Assembly: GCA_965242965.1 (NCBI GenBank) | Contig: OZ251518.1 | Coordinates: 5,376,001-5,440,000 of the forward strand | Direction of reading: 5' to 3' | DNA length: 64,000 bases | Origin: Candidatus Poribacteria bacterium | GTDB taxonomy: Bacteria > Poribacteria > WGA-4E > WGA-3G | Shown: positions 49,835 to 58,558 of the stretch, one piece after another | Layout of the letters: each line of letters begins with the position of its first letter | How positions within the stretch are numbered: position 1 is the stretch's first letter | Position numbers and translations under genes: made by a program | Notes under the pieces: generated by a model | The model's input: only the letters and a program-made list of their open reading frames with translations | What the model was told of the DNA's origin: nothing | Database searches by the model: none

Positions 49835-52708
49835 TCACCGGAACTCCTCAAAATATTGCTGCGATTCAGCCACAGTAGCTGATGGCACCAACTGATACTC
49901 ACCCGGCTCGTAACCCATCAACGTCTCTAAAAGCGAACGCTCTTTGGCATCTTCGCTCGTTTCAATCACTGCCTGAACAACAGCCTTGAAGAGCTCGTTT
50001 TCCCCAAGCCCCTGCTCATGGAAATAGGCATCCAACAAGGCTCTATCCCCTTGCTCCCAAAGATTCATGACGCGGTGAATCTTGTCTATCATCGGAAGTT
50101 CACCGGAAGGATGCGGTAAACCTACACGCCCCGTGTGCCCCAACAAACTCCGTTTGTTGCCAGACGCTCGCTTCAGAATGCCGATGTCTTTCGCCGACAA
50201 ATCGTCAAGCGATAAACCATACCCCTGCGCCAACAGAATGCACTCTCCCACCGGCGCATCAGCCATCCCGAAATAGTCCCGATGCATCAGGTAGTAGCGG
50301 GTTTGCTCGTCCAACGCCTCCGTGTTTGCACCGTGGAGAATTTCCCCCAAAGCGAAATCTGTTACCATCCGCCGGACCTCTTTGAGAAAATCGGTGACTA
50401 TGAACGGCTTCCCGTCCATGCGGCGGACTTCCGGATACTGGGAATAACTCTCCAGTGCGGGGCCGATTGCCGCCCAAACGAAGTCAGGGCCTCGGATACC
50501 AACGTCCCAGAAATAGCGGAGGCGTTCGGTGATACGTTCCTGCATGTCGCGGCGGACTTTGCCGTAATGACCTGCTCTCGCATTTGTGGGCCGTTTTCGA
50601 CAAACGAGCCAAAGGGACGTTGCAAGTGCAGCCGAGTTTACACCTCTCATACGATTGCCCATCTCGGTATCAATAGGCCAGGATGCTGTGACAACAAGCC
50701 CGGCTTGAATCATTGCCGATGTTAGACTTTCCCAAGCCTCCGGGTCTTTATGAGCGAAGACAATCACTATCCGTCCATCCTCAACAAGTGAATCATGGGC
50801 TGATTGAAATGTTGCCGCCATTCCTGATTCATAAAATTCCTTCGCTGCTTGATTGTCCCCATCAAAATGATCTGCGTGTTGGACAAGTTCATCCAATTTG
50901 GGAGTGAGCAAGTCGCCGAATATCTGAGGGAATTTTTCCCCAATTGCGCGGCGAAGCCAGACATAGAAAAAATCGGAGAGATCTGCGTAAGGAATCGCGT
51001 CATAGTAAGGCGGGTCCGTAATGATGCCTTCAACCTTTTGTGAAACTGAATTTCGGCTTGACTGTAGGTGAATACAGGGACTAGAAGTCAATTTTACTGC
51101 GAGGACGTGTCTCAGAAAACGCACCACCCAACCGATGTGTGCAGAATAGCCACCAGTCGTTTGAGAAAACGGATTGACTTCAGCAAAATCCCAAGCCGTC
51201 GGTAAAGCGAATCTAGCGAAAGTGTGCCCCATATTTTCACCTCTGCTGCTCCAGAGACAGATTGTTGAATTATAATCGGCGATTCTGTCGACAAGAATCG
51301 CCGCATACATCTCAACTGCCTCACCCCATTCTGATGGGTACCCGAGCATCTCCATCTCAGCCTTCGCCGCTCGTGTCCACTTGACAAATGTCATTAACGC
51401 TAACAATTGCCGTTCAGTGAACAGATCTGACCATTTCTTAAAACCGTAGAGTGGGACACTAAACCCGAGTGTTTTCGGCCCGGGCAACGGTTCATCGGGG
51501 ATGCCATGCGGAATTTCATTAGCAATCGCCTCCAAAGTTTCCGCGGATATTTCCGCAGCATCAATGTCCGCGTCTGTTGGAGGACGGTATTCCTTGCCAT
51601 AGGTTTCCTGATAGACTACCGTAGTCATCTGTGCCTTGAGTTTGTCCTCGTGCCCGCACCGCTTGATGTAATCTCCCGGCTGATTTGAGTTGCAAAATGG
51701 GCAAGTCGCCGATGTGCCTGACATCGTTGGTTTATCAACCTCGCTGTCATTTTTCGGAGCAACAATCTCAAAGCGGACCTGTTTCGTCTCCTTATCCGGG
51801 TGGAGTTTGAGTGCGCGCTTTGCGTTGATAATGACTTTCGTCTGATTTTTCGTTTTCTTCAGTCGCAGAAAGTCAGGACGGTTCCGATTTTCGGGGGTGT
51901 CCGGAAGGGTTTTCTCCGGCTTCTTGCATACCCAGAGAGTTTTCAGGAGCGGCACCGTTCCACCACATTGCGGATCTTGACACGGAACCGTTCGGGCCCA
52001 GAGATAGGCGACTGTCGGTTTGCCATCAACTAGCGGATAGTAGCGCGCGAGTTCGCCGCGGGCTTTTTCCAATACCCACTGCCCCCACAAACGGACGTGA
52101 GCGGCGAGGTCTTCGGTTTTCAGGTCGGGTTGTTCAGCGAGTTCAAGTTTGGGGAGCGGGTGCGTTTTTCCGGCGAGGCGTTGCGGGTATTCCAACGTGC
52201 ATTTGAGGAGAAACCACGCCACGGGGTTATAGTCGTTGGCGGTGACTTTACAACCGAGGCGCATTGCTTCCAGCGGAATCGCGCCGCCCCCGGCGAACAT
52301 ATCCATGATGTGCGGCGGCTGTCCGCTGTTCGCCTTCAGGATGAGTTCTCTAGCGATGCGGAGTTTGTTGAGCCAGCGTCCCTTCTGGTCCTTCGCGTCC
52401 CATTCCGCGCCGCCATCTTCGGTGCCCCATCGTGTGAGTGACTCAATCAGATCGCACAGATATTTCCGCTGTCTGTCGGCTATCGGTGAGCCGGAGAACC
52501 GTTCGTATTCGTCTTTCATCGTTTGCGGCGCGTCGCCCGGGTCGGGGAGGAGTGTGGCTATTGTCACGGCGCGGCAGGCGGCGAGGGGTCTGCGTGCGGG
52601 CCAGATGTGCAGCGTGGAGATGTGTCCGTGTCGGACATTTTTCTCATGTTTTGAATCTGTGGAGACTTTTTGTAGTGGAAAAGCCTCCTCGATGAGTCTT
52701 CGTGGCAT
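49835..52708 (-). CDS. DUF1156 adenine-specific DNA methyltransferase
   Basis: RLIE..HEK..HIWPARRPLAACRA, DMFAGGGAIPLEA, ARTVPCQ..C, ITDPPYYD; upstream ORF extension is repeat-derived. Confidence 0.9.
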   Translation of the reverse strand: MPRRLIEEAFPLQKVSTDSKHEKNVRHGHISTLHIWPARRPLAACRAVTIATLLPDPGDAPQTMKDEYERFSGSPIADRQRKYLCDLIESLTRWGTEDGGAEWDAKDQKGRWLNKLRIARELILKANSGQPPHIMDMFAGGGAIPLEAMRLGCKVTANDYNPVAWFLLKCTLEYPQRLAGKTHPLPKLELAEQPDLKTEDLAAHVRLWGQWVLEKARGELARYYPLVDGKPTVAYLWARTVPCQDPQCGGTVPLLKTLWVCKKPEKTLPDTPENRNRPDFLRLKKTKNQTKVIINAKRALKLHPDKETKQVRFEIVAPKNDSEVDKPTMSGTSATCPFCNSNQPGDYIKRCGHEDKLKAQMTTVVYQETYGKEYRPPTDADIDAAEISAETLEAIANEIPHGIPDEPLPGPKTLGFSVPLYGFKKWSDLFTERQLLALMTFVKWTRAAKAEMEMLGYPSEWGEAVEMYAAILVDRIADYNSTICLWSSRGENMGHTFARFALPTAWDFAEVNPFSQTTGGYSAHIGWVVRFLRHVLAVKLTSSPCIHLQSSRNSVSQKVEGIITDPPYYDAIPYADLSDFFYVWLRRAIGEKFPQIFGDLLTPKLDELVQHADHFDGDNQAAKEFYESGMAATFQSAHDSLVEDGRIVIVFAHKDPEAWESLTSAMIQAGLVVTASWPIDTEMGNRMRGVNSAALATSLWLVCRKRPTNARAGHYGKVRRDMQERITERLRYFWDVGIRGPDFVWAAIGPALESYSQYPEVRRMDGKPFIVTDFLKEVRRMVTDFALGEILHGANTEALDEQTRYYLMHRDYFGMADAPVGECILLAQGYGLSLDDLSAKDIGILKRASGNKRSLLGHTGRVGLPHPSGELPMIDKIHRVMNLWEQGDRALLDAYFHEQGLGENELFKAVVQAVIETSEDAKERSLLETLMGYEPGEYQLVPSATVAESQQYFEEFR

Positions 52709-52769
52709 GATGTTGTATCCTTTTGGTGTTTTTGAATACAACGTTCGATTCATCGGGAGGTTACAGGGT

Positions 52770-53790
52770 GTCGCGGGGGACAGGCCCCCGCGCTCCGTTT
52801 CCTGAGGGTTTCTTTCTTCCACCGTAGGGCGAGGGCCTGTCCCTCGCCATGCAACGTTCGCAGGGGAAACCCTCTCGGATGCGCGTATGGCATCCGAGGG
52901 CCCCCGCGCTACGGTAGGTGAGGCCGTCCGTGTTCCCGTAGGGCGAGGGCCTGTCCCTCGCCATGCTGCGGTCTATCGGACATTCGCGGGGGACAGGCCC
53001 CCGCATTGTCCATCGTCAAGTTATGTCTTTAGGTCCTTTAGGACCTACGTGTCTATAGAAAAACGTGCCGGCCCACGTCAAGGTCCTTTAGGTCCTTAAT
53101 AAAAACCACGCGGCCCTGGCAAAATCCATTAAGGACCTAAAGGACCTTAGGCTTCTTCGCGGGTGCGCGTGCTATAGACATTCAGGTCCTACGGACCTAA
53201 GAGACGTTTTTTCATCGTCGTGCGGGGGGGCTCGGATGCCTCCCGGTCTCGACAAACACCGGTAGGAGAGACCTCCTGGTCTCAATGTTCCCGTAGCGCG
53301 GGGCCCCTCGGATGCCACCCGCGCATCCGAGCGGGTTTCCCCCGCGATGGCTCAAGAACTGTTTTTTTTATCGTAGCGCGGGGCCCCGTTCCCTGCGTTG
53401 TCCATCGTCAAGTTATGTCTTTAGGTCCTTTAGGACCTACATGTCTATAGAAACACGTGCCGGTCCCATGTCAAGGTCCTTTAGGTCCTTAATAAAAACC
53501 ACGCGGCCCTGGCAAAATCCATTAAGGACCTAAAGGACCTTAGGGCTCTTTTCGTGCTGGCGTGCTATAGACATTAAGGTCCTACGGACCTAAGAGAATG
53601 CGCGCCGTTTTTTTTTCGTTCTCCTCTCTCTGTAGTTTGTGATCGCCTGATCACAAACAGGTCAAGATCGGGCGATCTTGACCTACAGATATGAAGGAGG
53701 ATTTGCAGGAGAAGGAGGGAATACATTGAGACCGGGAGGTCTCTCCTACCGGGGATGCATCGAGACCAGGAGGTCTCTCCTACGGGGGCG
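52770..53790. repeat. Large mosaic repeat cluster
   Basis: GTAG hairpins, nested palindromes 53029-53200 and 53421-53593, doublet 53630-53688. Confidence 0.9.
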
Positions 53791-53793
53791 CGC

Positions 53794-56700
53794 CTACATG
53801 CAGGGTTCAGATTTTTGCATGATGTCGCTGGCGGAGATTGTGACGCTTACTTTGGAAGTGGCGATGAGTTTTGCAAACGGGTCTTGGCAGAAGTATGGCT
53901 GCGGAATTGCATCGCAATGAAAGACGGTATAGAGCCAATAGCGTTTCCCGTGATTGGCAGCCTGCCGCCATTCGTTTGCGGTTAATTCAACACTCGCCAC
54001 ACCGCTGCGGCCTTTTACCTCAATGTATCGGATTTCGCCATCGGGACGTTCGGAGCGAAGATCGAACCCCTTTTTGAGGTGTGGGTCAGAGACATCTTCT
54101 ACCCGGGCACCGTGCTTGCGTTCGTAATTGATAACGGTTTGGATGGCAATTTTCTCTGCGTCTCGGAGCGTTTTCGTCGGGATTGCATCGTCAATGGGAG
54201 GTGGGATGACAAGTGCGCGAACATAGAGGGTTACGTCGCCGAGTCGGATATTTTCAATCTCTTCCATGAGTTTCGCTTCCGCCGCCTTACGTTTTGTCGG
54301 AATTGCGTCTAGTTCGCGTTCACAGGTGTTTAGTTTCGTTTGCGCCGCAGGCTTCTCGTTAGCGACATCCTTTTGAAGTTCGGGCCGCTGTTTGAGGAGC
54401 TCAGCCTTCCTCAGGTTAAAAGATCTTCGGATTTGAGTTTTCTTGGCTGCTAATTCAGACCGGAGTGCCTCGCGGATGCCAATAATCTTGGGCTCACCAA
54501 AGTGTTCGGAAACATAGGCTTGGACAGGCGAGATTTCGTCGGCAAGTGGCAGCAAGGATAACGTATCCGTGGAGAACGTCTTCGCTTTTTCTGGCTGCGG
54601 TGTGAGTGTCAACAAGAGATGGGCTGGTGCGGGTTCGCAGCGGCCATCTGAAAATTGCTTGACACCGGTGACTACCTCGTCAATGACGTGAGCGGCTTGG
54701 AGGACAGGCACTCTCGCGAGATAAAAGAGATAGGGTTCGTCTGCTTGTGTATCGGCGTAAATGGCACCCCGGTCGCCTTCGTCGGCAAACTTTTCCAAGA
54801 AGTCGGTTAATATTGCTTCAAAGATTGGTTCGCCCGGGTGCAGGAAGATTGCCTGCGGTTGCGCAACGTCTGCAGGAAGCGCGAGTTCGCGGGTGAAGGT
54901 TAACCGCTCGCGGAGGTTTGACGAATAGTTCTGGAATGCTTCCCTCACGGAATCTGGGCAAGCGGACACCTTGAAAATCCCCTCGGTTTCACCCTCAAGT
55001 TGATACCCGAGCAACGGTGTGATGTCTTCAAAGAAGGCTCGCGCATAAGCCGGCATCATGCGTGATGTTTCGGCGGATTCACGTTGCGCCTGAACATTCG
55101 TCAATAAACGCCTGACTTCGCTAGTCGGGACAGATTTTTGCTGTGCCGCCAGTTGATTTTTCACATTTTCCAGCGTGAACTGTGTGTTGATAGTCTGGAT
55201 GGATGCCTCGGTTTCGTCCTGCGCGATGGCTTGCGTGATGAGTTGGGATAGCGAGATGTCGCTGAATTGCTGTCCGATGACATCAAAAACCTTATCGTCG
55301 CTCAGTTCCTCGCGCATCTGCTCCAATTTCTCCAAGAGCACCTTCAAGACGCGGCCTTCGCGAGTATCCTGCGCGACGAGGTTCATCATAACGACAGGGC
55401 GCGTCTGTTTATACCGGTGGATACGTCCCATTCGTTGTTCAAGCCGCGCGGGATTCCACGGAATATCGTAATTTACCATCAACCAACAGAATTGCAGATT
55501 GATTCCTTCACCGGCTGCATCCGTTGCGACGAGGTATTGGGCACCGTCAGGGGCTCGGAAAAATTCGACTTGTTCTTCGCGCTCGCGATAGTTCATGCCG
55601 CCATGAATATGAGCAACTCTCCCGCTGAAACCCAATGCCTCTAACCGTCCGATGACAAAATCGAGGGTATCGCGATGCTCGGTGAAAATCAGGACTTTGG
55701 TGTCTTGGTAATCTTCCAATGCCGCCCACAAATTCTCAAACTTACTCTCGGACCGGCGTGCGTGAACGGCTTTCGCCAATTCGACGAGTTCGTGAACGTG
55801 GCGAATTTCTTCTGCCAAATCTGCTGTTGAACGCGCTGTTGTCGCTTCTGCTAGACGTTCATCGGCCCGTTCTGCTTCTTCCTGTTCTTCCTCGTCTCCC
55901 GTTTTCTCATCTCGGATGTCGCTATCGGGCAGTGCCGTTTGTGTTTTCCCGAACTGTGCTTCGGATAAGCTGCCTGCGCGGAGTTCGCGAAGCGTCGCCT
56001 GGAGTTTCGCCTCGCGCCGGATAAGGCTTTGCAACAGCGCGTGGGTTGAACTAGCGAGTCTACGTTGCAACACCATCATCGCCATTTTTGCGGCAGACCG
56101 GTTGTATTGGCCCGCCAGGTCAAAATAGGTTTCACAATACTCGGTGACGCTTTCATACAGGGACTGCTCGCTGATTTCTCCTGTCTTAAGCGGATAGGCG
56201 ATTGTCTGGCTCCGCCGCGGCGGGTAGATTAACTGCCCCTCAAAACTGATCATCTCCTCCTTCATTCTGCGGAGGAGGTGCTGCGATTTTTCCACGTCAG
56301 ACAGTTGTTCAAACGCTTTTTGTGCGGCGAGGGGTTCCGGCAACAGCAGCCGCCAGAGAAAATAGTAGGCATCGTTTTTGCCCATGTGTGGTGTCGCCGT
56401 GAGTAGTAGGAGACTCTTCCCTTCAGCGGCGATGCGTTCGGCGAGTTGGTATCGCTTCGATTTCGTTACCGTGCCGTCTGCCTCTCGGCGTGCGGATAAC
56501 TTATGCGCTTCGTCAAACACCACCAAATCGTAAGGCGGCGCGTCAAAGAGATGTGCCTGCATCCGTTCCTGGCGCAACGTATCCAGACTCACAATGGCAA
56601 GGCGATTTTCGGGGTGGGCAAACGGATTCGTCCTTGTGGCATCAGGACTGGACAGTATGCGAAAAGGGAGGCGGAAGCAGACTCGCAGCTCGCGTTCCCA

Positions 56701-57033
56701 GTTGCCGATGAGGCCGGCAGGTGGCACGATTAGGACACGTTCCACCTGCCGCCGCATGAGCAATTCTTGGATATAGAGCCCTGTCATGATCGTTTTTCCT
56801 GCACCGGCATCGTCAGCCAAGAGGAAGCGCAGTGGCGAATGTCTCAGGAGATGGTGGTATACGGCGATGAACTGGTGCGGCAACGGGTCGATCAGCGATG
56901 TCTCTGTCGCAAAAATCGGATTAAACAGATAGGCGTGCCGAAGCCGATGCGCTTCGGCAACAAGGCGCACCACATTTGCATCCGCACTAAAAGAATGAGA
57001 TACCCCCGGAGTCTGCACGCTTTCACGTTGCAT
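53794..57033 (-). CDS. SNF2-family helicase with C-terminal DUF3883 (NOV-C) nuclease-like domain
   Basis: PLPHQ, LLADDAGAGKT, DEAH, LTATPH, EGINLQ, QRMGRIHR; GFDL.S..IEVKGR..LTANEW. Confidence 0.9.
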   Translation of the reverse strand: MQRESVQTPGVSHSFSADANVVRLVAEAHRLRHAYLFNPIFATETSLIDPLPHQFIAVYHHLLRHSPLRFLLADDAGAGKTIMTGLYIQELLMRRQVERVLIVPPAGLIGNWERELRVCFRLPFRILSSPDATRTNPFAHPENRLAIVSLDTLRQERMQAHLFDAPPYDLVVFDEAHKLSARREADGTVTKSKRYQLAERIAAEGKSLLLLTATPHMGKNDAYYFLWRLLLPEPLAAQKAFEQLSDVEKSQHLLRRMKEEMISFEGQLIYPPRRSQTIAYPLKTGEISEQSLYESVTEYCETYFDLAGQYNRSAAKMAMMVLQRRLASSTHALLQSLIRREAKLQATLRELRAGSLSEAQFGKTQTALPDSDIRDEKTGDEEEQEEAERADERLAEATTARSTADLAEEIRHVHELVELAKAVHARRSESKFENLWAALEDYQDTKVLIFTEHRDTLDFVIGRLEALGFSGRVAHIHGGMNYREREEQVEFFRAPDGAQYLVATDAAGEGINLQFCWLMVNYDIPWNPARLEQRMGRIHRYKQTRPVVMMNLVAQDTREGRVLKVLLEKLEQMREELSDDKVFDVIGQQFSDISLSQLITQAIAQDETEASIQTINTQFTLENVKNQLAAQQKSVPTSEVRRLLTNVQAQRESAETSRMMPAYARAFFEDITPLLGYQLEGETEGIFKVSACPDSVREAFQNYSSNLRERLTFTRELALPADVAQPQAIFLHPGEPIFEAILTDFLEKFADEGDRGAIYADTQADEPYLFYLARVPVLQAAHVIDEVVTGVKQFSDGRCEPAPAHLLLTLTPQPEKAKTFSTDTLSLLPLADEISPVQAYVSEHFGEPKIIGIREALRSELAAKKTQIRRSFNLRKAELLKQRPELQKDVANEKPAAQTKLNTCERELDAIPTKRKAAEAKLMEEIENIRLGDVTLYVRALVIPPPIDDAIPTKTLRDAEKIAIQTVINYERKHGARVEDVSDPHLKKGFDLRSERPDGEIRYIEVKGRSGVASVELTANEWRQAANHGKRYWLYTVFHCDAIPQPYFCQDPFAKLIATSKVSVTISASDIMQKSEPCM

Positions 57034-57034
57034 A

Positions 57035-58336
57035 TCACGCGTTCCGAACAAATTCTTCAACCGCATCAATCTCCTTCGGGACGCTGTCTGTCAAAACTTC
57101 ACAACCCGATTCGGTGACGAGGATATCGTCCTCAATACGCACGCCGATGCCGAGATACGCCGCCGGCACGTTCTTCGTGTTTTCCGCGACGTAGATGCCC
57201 GGTTCGATTGTTATTACCATCCCCGGTTGGAAGGTTTTGAAATCGCCGTTCGGTTCGTGGACACAATTGACATCATGCACATCCAAGCCGAGCATGTGTC
57301 CGACCCGATACATGTAAAACGCCTCGTAAGCCTTTTTCTTGATTAATTTCTTTCTCTTCCCGGTCAGAATGCCGAGGCGGCGCATGCCATCTGTCAAAAG
57401 TTCGATCGATTTTTGGTGCGGTTCGTCAATGGATACACCGGGCCGAATGCAGTCAATGATGGCGTGTTGCGCCTCTAGCACCAACTGATAGATGTCGCGT
57501 TGCGCGTTGGTGAACGTGCCGTTGGCAGGGAAGGTGCGCGTCACGTCGCCGCAGTAACGTTCGCACTCGGCACCCGCGTCGATGAGGACAAGCGCGTCTT
57601 CCTCAATCTGGCAGTTATTCGTGGTGTAATGGAGCGTCGTGGCGTTCGCGCCGCTTGCGACGATGGTTGGGAAGGCGGTGCCGTTCGCGCCGTTATGACG
57701 GAACGTGGCATCAACGATTGCCTCCAATTCGTATTCATACATACCGGGTTGGACTGCCTGCATCGCCGCCAAGTGTCCTGCTACCGTGACTTCCGTTGCT
57801 TTCCGAATGCGGCGCAGTTCTTCATCGTTTTTGATGAGCCGCAGTTCGGCGAGGATGGGGCCCGGGTCTGTGAGTGTATCAAATCCTTTGCCTGAGCGGA
57901 TGCGTTCCTTCACCGAATGTGTGAAGAGATGCAGGATTTCGCTGTCCACTTCGTCATTGGAACCGAGCGAATAGTAGAGTCTGTCGGCATTTTTCAGGTA
58001 TCTGCCGATCTTCTCGCTGAATTTATCGATGGAATAGGCTCTATCTGCTCCGTAGTGGCGACGGGCATTTTTCACGCCGACGCGCTTGCCGCTCCAGGTT
58101 TCCGCCTTCTTGTCTTTCGGACGCACGAAGAGGATGTATTGGTGCTTCGGGTGTTCCGGTGCTAGAACGCAGATTGCTTCTGGCTCTTCAAACCCGGTGA
58201 GATAATAAAAATCCGGGTTTGGACGATAGAGGTGTTCGGTATCGTGATTGCGCATTGCGGGCGGCGTGCTAGCGAAGATGGCAACGCTCCGCGGTCCCAT
58301 TTTTTCGATGAGTGCTTTGCGATTCTGTTTATGCAA
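57035..58336 (-). CDS. pepP: Xaa-Pro aminopeptidase
   Basis: RN.D..YR..DFYYLTG, LHY, LIDAGAE..Y.GDVTRTFP, GHMLGLDVHD, TIEPGIY, GVRIEDD. Confidence 0.93.
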   Translation of the reverse strand: MHKQNRKALIEKMGPRSVAIFASTPPAMRNHDTEHLYRPNPDFYYLTGFEEPEAICVLAPEHPKHQYILFVRPKDKKAETWSGKRVGVKNARRHYGADRAYSIDKFSEKIGRYLKNADRLYYSLGSNDEVDSEILHLFTHSVKERIRSGKGFDTLTDPGPILAELRLIKNDEELRRIRKATEVTVAGHLAAMQAVQPGMYEYELEAIVDATFRHNGANGTAFPTIVASGANATTLHYTTNNCQIEEDALVLIDAGAECERYCGDVTRTFPANGTFTNAQRDIYQLVLEAQHAIIDCIRPGVSIDEPHQKSIELLTDGMRRLGILTGKRKKLIKKKAYEAFYMYRVGHMLGLDVHDVNCVHEPNGDFKTFQPGMVITIEPGIYVAENTKNVPAAYLGIGVRIEDDILVTESGCEVLTDSVPKEIDAVEEFVRNA

Positions 58337-58372
58337 TGTTTTCTCCTTTTTGCGGTTCTTCCTCGTAGGGAC

Positions 58373-58547
58373 TCGCGGGGGACAGGCCCCCGCGCTACGG
58401 GTTGTGTGAGGGTCTGTCCCTCATCATGCCAAGAAACAGCGAGGATCGCGGGGGACAGGCCCCCGCGCTACGGGCCGTGTGAAAGTCTATCCTTCACCGT
58501 GCCAGTGGATAGCGAGCCATCGCGGGGGACAGGCCCCGCGCTACGGG
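58373..58547. repeat. Three same-orientation REP-like hairpins
   Basis: cgcgggggacaggcccc(c)gcgctacgg x3 with 33-50 bp linkers. Confidence 0.85.
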
Positions 58548-58558
58548 CTGTAAGTGGT

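Noticed and set aside
45406-57033. BREX or DISARM call
   Set aside because: No PglZ, BrxA/B/L or DrmA/B recognisable; DUF499 and DUF1156 motifs fit the restriction-like module better.
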